In this document: positions 1-11,225 of the stretch, one piece after another | Layout: each line of letters begins with the position of its first letter | How positions within the stretch are numbered: position 1 is the stretch's first letter | Source: Dimorphilus gyrociliatus | Taxonomy: Eukaryota > Animalia > Annelida | Assembly: GCA_904063045.1 (NCBI GenBank) | Contig: CAJFCJ010000120.1 | Span: 35,771-91,045, forward strand | Direction: 5' to 3' | Length of the DNA: 55,275 nucleotides | Translations under genes and position numbers: made by a program | The notes under the pieces: model-generated | What the model was told of the DNA's origin: nothing | Database searches by the model: none | The model's input: the letters and a program-made list of their open reading frames with translations, nothing else

Positions 1-610
1 AAACCTCTTTTCCTCATAAATTCTTCTTGAATAATTCATCTTAAATTTAATTTCAGAAATAATTAAAATTATTGCATTTAGAGAAATTTCCATAAAGAAT
101 AATAATGGAATCAATACATCTAATATCTTTCTATTATTTTTCAATTTATTTAGGTAGGTTAAAATCACTGAAAAAAATAATTTTTAATTATTATTTTTGA
201 AATTTCAATTATTTCCTTCTTACATATAATACATGGTAGAATCCATATTGAAAAATGTATCATTGGTAATGATAAAACATAACTCAACCTTTAAAATATT
301 CATCATATTCTTACATTTTGATTTCTTTTTCAAAAAGCTTATTATGCAGTAAAGACAATTTGAAAAACGAATCATTGGAATTAAAATGAAAGTTATTGAA
401 ATTGAGTAAATAACATTGGTAGTTAGTGTTAAAAGCCAAGGACTTGTGTCACATGACATCTATAATATATATGTAAACATTTTTATTTTTATTTATATTT
501 GACATAAAGTAAGGGACAAAAATATCCAGGCACCGTAAATTTTGATAGGCCAAACATTAAAAATATTTTTCTTGATGAAAAAAGGTATTTTTCCAATGCA
601 AACAATCTTT
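1..610 (-). pseudogene. Divergent LGR/GRL101-like GPCR, 3' 7TM portion (TM4-TM7); runs off the left edge
   Basis: Minus exon ~222-460 reads ...VIYSISITFILIPMIRFSNCLYCIISF...KVELCFIITNDTFF (TM5/TM6-like; compare FLIVITNVCCWFP in the intact copy). A gtaag...cag intron (~171-221) follows, then ...ILDVLIPLLFFMEISLNAIILII (TM7-like). CWxP and NPxxY are degenerate. Confidence 0.5.
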
Positions 611-1650
611 AGAGTTTATTAGCATATTTCTAGTTTGTAATTACGTTAAAGATTGTTTTGATGGATCGGATGAAATTCTTTGCGGTAAAGACGTTTCTTT
701 ATAGACGTTCCCATCTTATGCATATCTATATTAAAGTCTTTATTATTTTTTGTTACTTTTCTTGAAGAGTATTCAAATTGTACTGTGAATGAAAGGTAAT
801 TTAAACAACAAACAAATGTAGTATTTTCTCTTAAAATATTAGACTCTGTAAAAACAAACAATGCATTCCTAACATTCTTTTTGCAATAATGAAAGAAATT
901 GTTACGATTCGTCAGATGAATTCTGTTTTCCAGGTGAATACTCAAAAATTCATTTAGCTTTTTTAGGAAAAGTCTATTGAGCAACAGTTATAGGAGAATG
1001 GCATTCTGGGTAATTGGGATTGTAGGCTTAATGACGAATGTTTTGTTGCCGTTGAAGCTTATTCTGCTTCCAATTATTTAAAATTTCTAATTGTTTGGCA
1101 AAAAAGTATTTTCTGTCAATTTCTTCTATTTTTCATTACATTTTCACTCATCTTTTCATCTGCGTGTTCCTTTATGATAACACTGGAAAAACACCAAGCA
1201 GTATACAATCCTATGAAAATGTCATTACTTATAAAAAAGCCCTTTTATGTTTTAAGGCTACTATTTCCGTTTGTGTTTTTATTGTCATGCAGTAGGAATT
1301 TAATGGAAATTGAGCTAAATATGTGAAATATATGACCTAGATAAGAATCAAGATGAAGAATAAGCCTATTGAACTACAGTACGAGAATAGTTTAACGTCG
1401 GTATGCTTTCAAGTTTTTTTGAAAAGTTCTAATGGAAGTTGGTATTTATCTTTCTCTATATTTTGTATTTTTATACCGGTTATCAATATTTTGGGTGTTT
1501 GCTTGTCAATTCATATTTTGATGATTATATTAAAATCACTGAAATTATTTGAAAAAACATCAAAGAAATATAAAAAATCTATTAAATTACATTTTATTTT
1601 ACTTAGCCTTTCTTCATCTTCTATTTGGTTCATTATTTCAATTTTAGGTT
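610..1650 (+). pseudogene. GRL101/LGR-like pseudogene (LDLa exons, TM1, TM3-TM6)
   Basis: LDLa VCNYVKDCFDGSDEILCG (~634-685). Second LDLa LCKNKQCIP/FCNNERNCYDSSDEFC with a frameshift (~845-930). TM1 LLSNSYRRMAFWVIGIVGLMTNVLL (971-1045) ends in TAA at 1079. TM3 WQKSIFCQFLLFFITFSLIFSSACSFMITLEKH lies in another frame (1081+). ECL2-TM5-TM6 is in ORF 1353-1658. TM2 and the LRR are absent. Confidence 0.65.
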
Positions 1651-2039
1651 GGTATTAATCCTTTTGATACCTTGACCTTTCCATCTCCTTAATTTTTAAA
1701 GGTTTTATAGTATTGTTTGAAAATTCAAAAATTGTAAAAAAAAAGTTTTTTAAAGTGAAGATTTAATAAACACAACTAGAGAGAAGAAAATTAATGATTG
1801 TAAGTAAAAGCTAATACTAAAATCTCTCTTTTTCTCTATCTCTCTCTCTGTCTCTCTCTTGAATCCTTAATTTTATCTGTTGTCAATTGTAAATAGATTG
1901 ATTTTTTCTTTAAAAGATAGCGAATAATAAAGGAAAATGTCTTCTATTCAGTGAGAAAACTACATTTTCTTCAAGTATGGAAATTGTTTTAAAATGCTCC
2001 AAGAGAAATTCTACCTGTAAATAGAAATATTTCCAGAAA

Positions 2040-4160
2040 CCTTTATATCATCTGTTGATATAAAGTACACATTTTTTAGCTTGAAACATATTACCCATTC
2101 AAAAATATATGGGTATAGAGAATTGGTGTTTCATAGGACTATACCATAAAGGTGTCAGGCTGTCTAGATTCTTTTTTCCGAATATTATTTTTGCATGAGG
2201 CTATTGCAGACACTGCCATTAGGATTGAAAGGATGCTCATCCAGAGATGATGATTCATATTTTGGATGCTATCAAGGTCACAATTATACATTTTATACTG
2301 GATATGTTCAAGTAGCTTTACATAAAATTCATTACCTTGTTGGAATTTTTCACTCTATTGATATTGTTCTACTGTGTAAATATTTTGGTTTCACAACTGG
2401 TAGAATAGTCGTTTCATCGAAACTTCGTTTCCTATATGATACATCAATCAGAAATAGTGAATTTGTCTTTTTATCCCATTTGAATTGTTCACAAAATGAA
2501 ACAAATGTGGAAAATTGTCAAATCTGTAAAAAGTTCTTAAAACTAGAGAATTTTTTTATTACTAGTTTTCTTTTTCTGTTTCTTTTTTAACATAGAAATA
2601 TTTTAAGCAATTTTGGAAAAATAACAATTAAATGCTATAAAACGAATGAAAAATTAGAGTGTTTTGGTAGAAATATGATCAATTTTGAAAATGTATGCTA
2701 TGTTATCTTCTCTGTTAAACAACCTAAAAAGATAAAAGAACAGGAAAATCTGTGTGCATTGCGCAATATGACAGCATTAACATTGTAATACTGAGAATTG
2801 TTAATTAATATTTCTTCTTAATAGAAAAATCCATTTATATGTTGAAATCATTCCATGTTCCAGAAAGAGCAGTGTATTTGTTTGTCAGCACTTTTTAGGT
2901 TTTAATCTTTTTTTACTTCTCTATCTATTTTTTTTTTCATTTTTATAAAATCACTGAAATATTTAGAAAGTCAAATTCGGGAAATTGACAAACACCTATC
3001 TCTATCTTTACCATCGATTAAAGTTAATTGCTTAAAAAAGGATTTTGAGTGTAAAAAAGATGGTTACTGTATTAATTCCGTTTATATTTGTGATGGAATT
3101 CTTGATTGTAAATCTGGTGAAGATGAGATTGATTGTAACAATGATTACAAGATAAGAGAAACGTTTCAATGTCTTACATCGAACGAAAAGATTAGCTATT
3201 CATTAATCTGCGATTTTCATCCCGACTGCAAAGACCATTCTGATGAGATTTACTGCTGTAAGTCAATAAATCTTCATTATTTAATATTTAAACTAAGAAT
3301 AAATAATGTTTCGAGTAGCTTATCAACAGTGTAACACCAATTTTAGGTAATTTTTTTTCATTAATTAGTTAAATTTCTGTATTTTAATTTCATTTCCGGT
3401 CATTTGATTTATATTTTAAACTTTTGAAATTAATAGAAAATGTCATAATAAACAATGTATAAACAAAGATAACGTTTGCGACAATGAAAGAAATTGTATA
3501 GATTACAGCGATGAATTTTGCTCTCATTGGACATCCATTGATGAATTATACTCGGATAGTAAGGATCCTTTTCTTCTCATTTCTCTTTTCCGTTAATATT
3601 CCCAACTACAAATTAGATAGCTTGTTCATTTTCTAAGTTCTCTAAACAACCCTTAGTAGTAGTAACTAGTGGATATTTTTTCCTGCATAGGCCTCCATCA
3701 TGCAATTTGTAACTAATTATTAATATTATTATAAATTACTTAAATGACAGACTGTAATGAAAAGACCCAATTGAAATGCGATGAGAAATGCTTAACAAAT
3801 GAAAAAAAGTGCGACTTTAATGTAGATTGCAAAGACAAAATGGACGAAAGTTTTTGTAATAATTTCTACAATGATGATGATTGGTTTAAAAATCATCCTA
3901 GAAATTTATGTAGATTGAAATACGATTCAATGAATAATTTCATAACAAGAATTCAATATCCATTTTCTGAATTATATTCCTGTTAATCTTATTTGCGATG
4001 GACTAAACCACTGCCTATACGGAGATGATGAAATTAACTGCGGTACTATTATGATAAAAATTTAGTAAATACTTAAAAAAATTTTAAGAATTTTGTATTT
4101 CTTTAGAAAATAATTTATCAAAGGATAAAAAAGAATTGGTTTTTACCAAATAGAAACAGG
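2040..4160 (+). pseudogene. GRL101-like ectodomain pseudogene (SRCR-like, C-type-lectin-like, 5 LDLa), truncated before the LRR/7TM
   Basis: Exon order mirrors the intact gene at 21189-27143. LDLa motifs CDGILDCKSGEDEIDC and CDFHPDCKDHSDEIYC (~2990-3258), CDNERNCIDYSDEFC (~3437-3520), CDFNVDCKDKMDESFC and ICDGLNHCLYGDDEINC (3744-4043). A deletion/frameshift occurs at ~3984 and the next exon stops at ~4150. Confidence 0.7.
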
Positions 4161-4214
4161 TAGAGATAAATACAATAAATAGAAATCACTTCTCTTTCAG
4201 TTCTATCATTCTTC

Positions 4215-4600
4215 AACAAAGTCATAAGAAGTATTATGTAAATTTAGAAGATAGTAAATTATTACAAAAGTTGAGCTATTGTGAAAATCTACTATTAGAA
4301 AATTATGAATATGTGAAATGCTCAAAATGTTTATGTAAAGCAATTTCAATTGCTCACAGCAGTCAGCTTTCTCCAGTATGCCCTGAATTTTATGATTGTA
4401 TATATCTAAAAGTAAGATAGATCAAAGTATATTTTTTATATAGAATATTTTAAAAAATTGTTTAATTTTTCAAAAGTTTGAAAATATGAAATACTTTATC
4501 ATTTATGAATATTTTGAGAAAACAACTGAACAAAATCAACAGAATGATTTACTCAAAATTGGAAATTTTATAAGAAAAATTCTGATAAAAATTAACCTAT
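4215..4600 (+). other. Cys-rich coding-like segment of unknown family; paralogous to 38930-39345 (+) and 35892-36307 (-)
   Basis: YEYVKCSKCLCKAISIAHSSQLSPVCPEFYDCIYLK followed by a gtaag donor is nearly identical in protein to ORF 38785-39345. DNA similarity continues to ~4600. Confidence 0.5.
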
Positions 4601-5298
4601 GCTTTGTTTATAATTTACTCATTCAGTTTTAAGTTTATTAATGAAATCATAGACGTTTCGGTTTTCACATCAAACTCTAACCCTTGTCAGAATATTTTTG
4701 ATTTCTCTTAATAGATAAAGAACTTTTGTTCAACTTACATACTACCTGGGTTATTTTGCAGCTATTAACACCTGGCCAATGATAACGTCGTGTATGAAAA
4801 GGTCATGGACGTTCCAAGATATTGGCAAAATATACTATTCTTCCAAAGAACGTCTTGTTTAATATACAACAGTCTAGGCAAAAGTTTAATATGTTGTTTC
4901 TAAGTAATAATTCGACCTTGACCTGGTAGATTAATTGCGAAAGGATGTTATTTTTCCCCCTATATCCTATACACCATTTCCTATTTTTCTGTTGACCCGA
5001 AATCGTAGAGTTTATATCTTTAAACTCTATATTCTATAATTGAACTAATTTCCTTAAATTTATATAGAAAAGTGCATAGAGATATGACCTTTAGATACTA
5101 ATAATCTATAAAAAATATAGGCCTAATTGAAATAGGCAAGAGATAGAGAGATATAATAGCAATAGTTTATCTAAAACTGGATTGTCTTTATCACGAGTCA
5201 TAGATATATTTCACAAATTACGCATCGTTGTGAAATATTGCTTTTACTATTCTATAAAATTGGTTAGAATACTAATAGCATACCAATTTTCAGACTGG

Positions 5299-5438
5299 NN
5301 NNNNNNNNNNNNNNNNNNNNNNNNNNNNNNNNNNNNNNNNNNNNNNNNNNNNNNNNNNNNNNNNNNNNNNNNNNNNNNNNNNNNNNNNNNNNNNNNNNNN
5401 NNNNNNNNNNNNNNNNNNNNNNNNNNNNNNNNNNNNNN
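5299..5438. other. Assembly gap (140 N)
   Basis: Run of n. Confidence 1.
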
Positions 5439-5444
5439 CATCCT

Positions 5445-5610
5445 TAAGGTTCATGTTTAATTAGTAGTTAAGGTTTGGCCAAGTTATAGTTCAATTAACC
5501 TTCCCAAATGTTGAACATTGTAACATCCTGTTTCTAAACATAAATATGAACTAGACAGTTGAATGACTGTAAATTGATAATTGGATAAAGTATATAAATC
5601 CTCACTATTT
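5445..5610 (+). repeat. Dispersed repeat shared with 33040-33235 (and its mirror at ~42000-42200)
   Basis: ggtttggccaagttata...ttcaattaaccttcc.aaatgttgaac.ttgtaacatcctgtt.ctaaa.ataaatatgaacta...aagtatataaatcctca is present at both loci. Confidence 0.8.
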
Positions 5611-5623
5611 TCAGTCTACCAAA

Positions 5624-5890
5624 CCATTTTATTTAACAACAGATGCTCCCAATTATGCAATTGGTGCAGTTCTGGAACAAGAATGGGAAGAAGATAGAAA
5701 GAAAATACGAAAACCAATTTCTTTTGCTTCAAAGCTCCTAAGCAATACATAACTGTAATAATCAGTTTATCAAAAAGAAGCCTTTCCTGTGTATTGGGCA
5801 GAACAGAAATTCTTCCATTAAACTTAAGTGTATGGTAAAAAGAAGAATTAACTTTTATACTTATTACTTCTTTGGAGCAAAAAAGCACAG
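5624..5890 (+). mobile_element. Ty3/gypsy RNase H remnant (stops and frameshifts)
   Basis: PFYLTTDAPNYAIGAVLEQ...KPISFASKLLS*...SVYQKEAFPVYWAEQKFFH*T*VYGK matches the gypsy RNase H consensus PF.LTTDAS..AIGAVL.Q..PI.FAS+.L...YS..EKE..A..WA...F..Y.YG. Confidence 0.75.
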
Positions 5891-6234
5891 AAAAACAAAC
5901 ACTTTCGTTGACTGAAAAGCAATGTAGAAGAATACTTAATGCTAAGAAAACTCTTAATGGTGAAAAACTTATTCAGAACGGAAAACTGGTGTTTGATGAA
6001 AACAAAGAACCATATTAAAAAAGGCCAAGAATAACAGTCATTGGAGAATTCACAACTACATTACAAATTGGTAAAACTTGTTGGCAGCCTGGCCAAGACA
6101 AAATAACTACAAACCTGGAATATATGGAAGACTGTTCTATAAAACATAAATTCTGTAGAACACTGGATTCAATTATAATATTTAATTCAAAGAAAGCACC
6201 ACCTCCTTGACCATAAATCACCTTGAAAAGCAAC

Positions 6235-6330
6235 TGTACTTTGTTGCATTGTAATTTTAGGAATTTCTAACTCTTCACAATCGTATTCATCCTGTCCAAT
6301 CATTTACTAATTTGCCAAAGTGCTCACAAA
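6235..6330 (-). repeat. Dispersed ~700-bp LTR-like repeat, terminal fragment
   Basis: tgtactttgttgcattgtaattttaggaatttct... matches the end of the copy at 43423-44136. Confidence 0.75.
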
Positions 6331-6499
6331 ATATTAATCTATTACAATGAATTCAGTTTGAAGTAATACCAATGTATTAAATAGTTTAGTCTACAAATAT
6401 AAATTGGAGACTGCCCAGCTTTGGAAAGTAGATTGTCTAAAATGAAAAAAACAGTCTTGTAAGTAGAAATCAGAAAAAATTTCAGTCCTAGTGTACACA

Positions 6500-6597
6500 T
6501 AGGTACAATACATTCATCAGCTCTATTTTGCAATAAATAAGTAGTATTAAACTAGTATTGTACTGTGCTGATAGCACAGATAGAGATAAGCAGGCTT
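6500..6597 (-). repeat. Short dispersed repeat (MITE/SINE-like); other copies at 16836-16920 (+) and 50925-51010 (+)
   Basis: Shared core ctta(t/c)ctctatc.gt..a...gcac.gt.caatact.gtt.aatactactt.t.....a.aat..agctga at three loci. Confidence 0.65.
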
Positions 6598-7136
6598 GAC
6601 CTACTTTTGCGTAGGGCGGTGCCTATACAAGGTGCGGCAACTTATTTCAAGCTAAATATTGTAATTTACAACTTAACTTGAATATCACAATTTAAACTTA
6701 TTAATGCATCTATATTGACTTTTAATTAATTGATAATTATGCTTATTTCAAGTCTTAGATACTATTATGCAGTGTTATATATACAATACTACTAATAGCA
6801 TAATAATCCAATATGCTTCCTCCTTATATGCTGATGTTAAACTTATTTAGTAGAACAATTCATTATTATTTTCAAAAGTAGAATATTAAAACGGTCAAAT
6901 ATATAATCCATGTGTTTTCTTGATTGTTGGACTTGTCCTATTAAAATTGTTACATCTTATGCAACTCTTCAACCTTCGAAATTCAACTATTATTTGGAAG
7001 AGGAAAACAATAAGAACATGACCATATTTACAACTTTTCTTTGTCTTAAAAATGTTACTTTTGTTTTTGTGAACATTGAAATTGGTGAACTATCAACTCT
7101 TAAAAGAGTATATAAACCCTACGAAATTAACAGTTG

Positions 7137-7590
7137 ACAGTTCAGTTTTCTAACCATCAGCTAGTTGTTTAAACTAGCTTGTTTAGAACTAGAAGCTCAT
7201 TTTACTCAATACATATTCTTTGGACGAAATACTGGTGTTTTGTTAATTAATTTCTACCGAAATTGCCTTTGTTAGACTATTTGTGGACGAACTTTAAAGG
7301 TTCTATTTGTTTGAGTACTTTGGCAAGTTGGTAAATGATTGGAAAGGACGATTACAGTTGTGACAAACCAGAAATTCCTACAATTACAATACAACAAAGT
7401 ACACCTAGCAATCCATAAACCTTTCTAAAAATTATTTCATATGAAAGTTCTATCAGTCTAAGTTCTAAGAAATAAAAGTCTTTCTAAAGTTCCCTCATTT
7501 TAATTCCTATGAAATACAAGTCTTTCCAAAGTTCCCTTAAGTCTAAAGTCTAAATATCAATATGTCACTATCTCTAAGTATACATTGTGT
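7137..7590. repeat. Two pieces of the ~700-bp repeat in opposite orientations (7137-7403 and 7420-7590)
   Basis: 7137-7403 ends caatacaacaaagtaca. 7420-7590 carries the aaataaaagtctttctaaagttc sub-repeats found at the other end of the 43423-44136 copy. Confidence 0.7.
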
Positions 7591-7699
7591 ATAATATTAA
7601 TAGGCTAGTGTCAAAAGAACATTTAAATATGTCAAGAAATTAAGGGTTTAACTAATAAACTGAAAGAAGAGAAACAAAGAGTTACAGGTACAAGCTGGC

Positions 7700-8100
7700 A
7701 TTCAATGGCAACCTAACAGTATCAAAAGCAACTATACAGAAAGCTCTGAAAGAAATGGCAGGGAAATTAAAAAAAAATCCCTCAACATTACCCCTCTAAA
7801 GAAGAAAAATAGACCACATTGAGTAGAAATGTGTAGAGGCGGGTTTGAAAATAGAATTGACTTGGACAACATAATAATCTCTTATGAATGTAGATTCAGC
7901 TTGGATGGGCTGGACAAATTTCAAGCCTGGCAGTTCAACCCAGAAAGAGAAAATTTAAGAACTAAGCATTCAATGGGTTGTGGAGGAGTCATGATCTGGT
8001 CATGTATCGGGTCAGATGGCTTCTTGCATAATTCCAGGATCAAAAAGAGTGTACAAAGAAATGGTAATTGGCTCTTTTGAACAAGGCCTTATGGAAAATT
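7700..8100 (+). mobile_element. Tc1/mariner transposase remnant (first catalytic segment)
   Basis: NIIISYECRFSLDGLDKFQAW...KHSMGCGGVMIWSCIGSDG resembles Tc1 VIFSDE.+F.LDG.DG...W...GGG.VMVWGCF. Confidence 0.65.
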
Positions 8101-8433
8101 GGCTTGACTTTTCCAAAAAACTTTTATACTAAATTACACACACTCACCAAAATATGCAAATAATTTTTAACTAGGAGAGGTAGAAAGTATCTGAAAATTA
8201 CTCATAAAACTTGGCAAAACTTCCTACATTAAAGTCAATTTTTTTAAAAAATGCCATTGTTTACCCATCAAACTAGATCATACAAAAAAGTCTGTGGTAC
8301 AAAACATTTCCTTTAACATTATATATATATGATATACATAAAGTATTTTGCAATTAATGCTAATTATATTGACAAATTGGTGTGTACATGTTTACATTAA
8401 TTATCTAGTCATTAGCAATGAAAGCCATTTATA

Positions 8434-8563
8434 GGGGTCGGGTGTGAACGTACCTGGGTGCGAACGTACCCGGGTGCGAACGTACCCTGGGCGGGTGCGA
8501 ACGTACCTGGGTACGTTCGCACCCTATTTTTATATTTATTTTATTTTTGAATTTTTGAATAAA
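8434..8563 (+). repeat. Left TIR of the MULE, with tandem 15-bp units
   Basis: Four gggtg(c/t)gaacgtacc units, one inverted unit and an AT-rich tail; the reverse complement is at 11013-11142. Confidence 0.95.
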
Positions 8564-9029
8564 CATGTACATTGACACCCTTTTTTCCTTCTGTTCCTTC
8601 ATTATATATTTGTTAATATATTGATTTGATAGAATGCAGATATTAAATAGAATACATATCCCATCAATATTAAATTACTACTTTAAAAGAAAATGTTGTT
8701 GAAAGTGAAATAGCAGCCATTTTAATAGTGATAGTTTTATTAAATAAACTTTCACTTGGAATATTTATCCTTGCAAAAGTAAAGCTATATTTACTGAATA
8801 AATTTGGACAAAGTTCTTCTTGGAAGCTTCAACAGAAGTGAGTATTTATATCTAATCATTGAGATTGTTGATTCATGATATTTTGATGTAATATACTATC
8901 TTCAATTGTGAAAAAGCTGAATATTTTTCATAAATAAAATTTCAGCCATTTTGAATATTTGGAAAGGAAATTTATTGATAACTGGAAATATTTTTAGATA
9001 ACCATCTACATTTGATTGAAGATTAAAAA

Positions 9030-10931
9030 ATGGCTTTCAAATGTCACAATTGTCATTCAACAATTTATGGAAGGCAAAAATATTTGAAATGCAGCCTTTG
9101 TAAGAATCTTATTCATAGGAAATGCACAGGTATGTAACTCTTTAATCAGCTTTCATGTAATTATATTTTTTAACATATTCTTATAGAAACACATAACATA
9201 CCAATTTGCAAACCTTGTAACAAAAGAAAATGTACTGTCATGCTCAAGAAGTTAACTAATCTGGAAATTCATCAATTCAAAGTAAATTCTGAAGAAAGCT
9301 TTATTGATGAAAGAAATAAGATTGCTGCAGTTGAGGAATCAATATTGGAGGATGAAAATCATGTTCTTTCAGAATGCCAATCAATGGACCTAGACTCTTT
9401 GGAGGAAGTTGAAGAGAATGCTGAAGAATATTGTGAATCATCCACAAAAAGTGATTTTGAGATTGTAAAAGGAGGAAGTAGAAAGGGACATGACATTTTA
9501 CTGAATGATGGATATTCTTTTGTTGTTAAACATAAAACACCATCAAGTACTATTTGGGTGTGCAGTGTGAGAAGTAAGAAGAAAAGATGTGTGGCCAGAA
9601 TAAGACAAAATGGAAATTTATTTCTCAAAGGCAATTTGGAACATAATCACAACAGAAAAAAGAATTTAGAAGTGGATATTAAAGTGAAAACAGATTTGAA
9701 AATTGTTTGCAGAAGTGATAATCAAACATCTGGAAGAAGCATTGCTGAAAAAGTTCTTCTATCCTATGAACCCAATGCAACTTGTCTTCCTGATATCAAC
9801 TATTTGAAGAGAATGGCAAACTCAAATAGACAAAAGTTTAGGCCAGTGGAACCTAAAGTGTACAACTTTAATTTAGATGAAACATTTTTGCCTGATGAAT
9901 TTTTGCAGAAAGATATTTGTGAAAATGGAGAAAGAATTTTAATCTTTGCAACAAACCATCAGCTGAATTTATTATCAAAATCCAACTGTTGGTACATTGA
10001 TGGTACTTTCAAGATTGTAAAAGAACCATTTTATCAACTTGTCACTATTCACTCATTTGTTAAGAAGAGTGGTGATATGAAGCAAGTTCCTCTTGTTTTT
10101 ATTTTTCTGACTTCAAAGCATACCAAAGCATACTTACAAGCATTTCAAGTAAATATTTCATATTATCTCTTCAAAAGTGATGATAAATAAAGTTGCTTTT
10201 TTGTAGCATATCAACAATCTTATCAATGATTTTCATCCAAAAAGAATTACAATGGATTTTGAAAAAGGACTATGGAAAGCATTATCAAAAGTATATCCCC
10301 TCACTGAATTTCAAGGTTGTGTATTTCATTTCACACAAGCAGTATACAGGAAAATACAAGTCAGTTACATTCAAATATATATAACATTATCTATTAAATA
10401 ACTTATATTATTGAATAGGCTCTTGGCTATGTAAAGAAATACAAAGAAAAAGGAAATGATTGGAAAGATTTCAGAAAATTGATGGCTCTGCCATTCTTGC
10501 CAGCACATATTATTCAACCAACATTTGACAGCATAAATGCAGAACTTTGTGAAAAAAATAGATTTTTGGACCTGCTGCAATACTTCCAAACAAACTGGAT
10601 CAAAAATAAATTATGGAAACCAAATAACTGGTCAGTTTTTGGTTTGTCTATTAGGACCAATAATGATTGTGAAGGATGGCATCAAAGAATGAATAGTAAG
10701 CTGCCTGCTAAAGGTTCTTTTTACATGCTGGTTGATGAGCTAAAAAAAGAGTCTGAGTTGATTGCAGTTTATGAGAAATTACTGTCAGAAAAAAGGATTT
10801 ACAAACATCAAAAGAAAAAGTATATTGACATCCAAAAGAAAATTTTTGATTTATGGGATGATTTCAAGTTGAACAAATTGACATCAATTGATCTATTAAT
10901 GCAGACATCCCATATCTACTCTCCAGCATAA
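9030..10931 (+). CDS. MULE transposase with an N-terminal PHD-like finger, FLYWCH domain and DDE core (575 aa, 4 exons)
   Basis: Exons 9030-9129, 9187-10148, 10207-10359 and 10419-10931 join in frame through GT-AG introns of 57, 58 and 59 bp. Motifs: C4HC3 (CHNC...CSLC...HRKC...CKPC), FLYWCH (GYSFVVK...IWVCSVR...CVAR...HNH), WYIDGTFK, MDFE, GCVFHFTQA, RTNNDCEGWH. Confidence 0.92.
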
Positions 10932-11012
10932 ATATCATTTGTCAAGCTTTATTGTTTTTTAGTATAATATTTAGTCTTTTAAATACATACTTTTAGATTT
11001 ATAGCTAAATCT

Positions 11013-11142
11013 TTTATTCAAAAATTCAAAAATAAAATAAATATAAAAATAGGGTGCGAACGTACCCAGGTACGTTCGCACCCGCCCAGGGTACGTTCGC
11101 ACCCGGGTACGTTCACACCCAGGTACGTTCGCACCCCAACTC
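11013..11142 (-). repeat. Right TIR of the MULE
   Basis: Reverse complement of 8434-8563, differing in the terminal few bases and at two C/T positions. Confidence 0.95.
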
Positions 11143-11225
11143 CCATTTATATATATATGCAAACTAAGAAAAAGCAGGCAGAGTATCCTGATAATACTTG
11201 CCTCATACCCTTTCTTTCTTAAATT

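Larger units (their letters stand above)
8434..11142 (+). mobile_element. Complete Mutator-superfamily (MULE, Phantom-like) DNA transposon, 2709 bp
   Basis: Perfect 9-bp TSD ccatttata (8425-8433 and 11143-11151), ~130-bp TIRs starting with G, and an internal MULE transposase. Confidence 0.95.

Noticed and set aside
8440-8524. CRISPR-like regular repeats
   Set aside because: The units are contiguous with no unique spacers, are mirrored at 11050-11137 as a TIR, and sit in intron-containing eukaryotic DNA.
9359-9634. Antisense ORFs over real genes (also 22000-22215, 28651-28917, 48646-49025, 54410-54767)
   Set aside because: Shadows of the opposite-strand coding frame with no motifs of their own.
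10193-10384. ORF 10193-10384 as a separate gene
   Set aside because: Wrong frame of transposase exon 3 (10207-10359).
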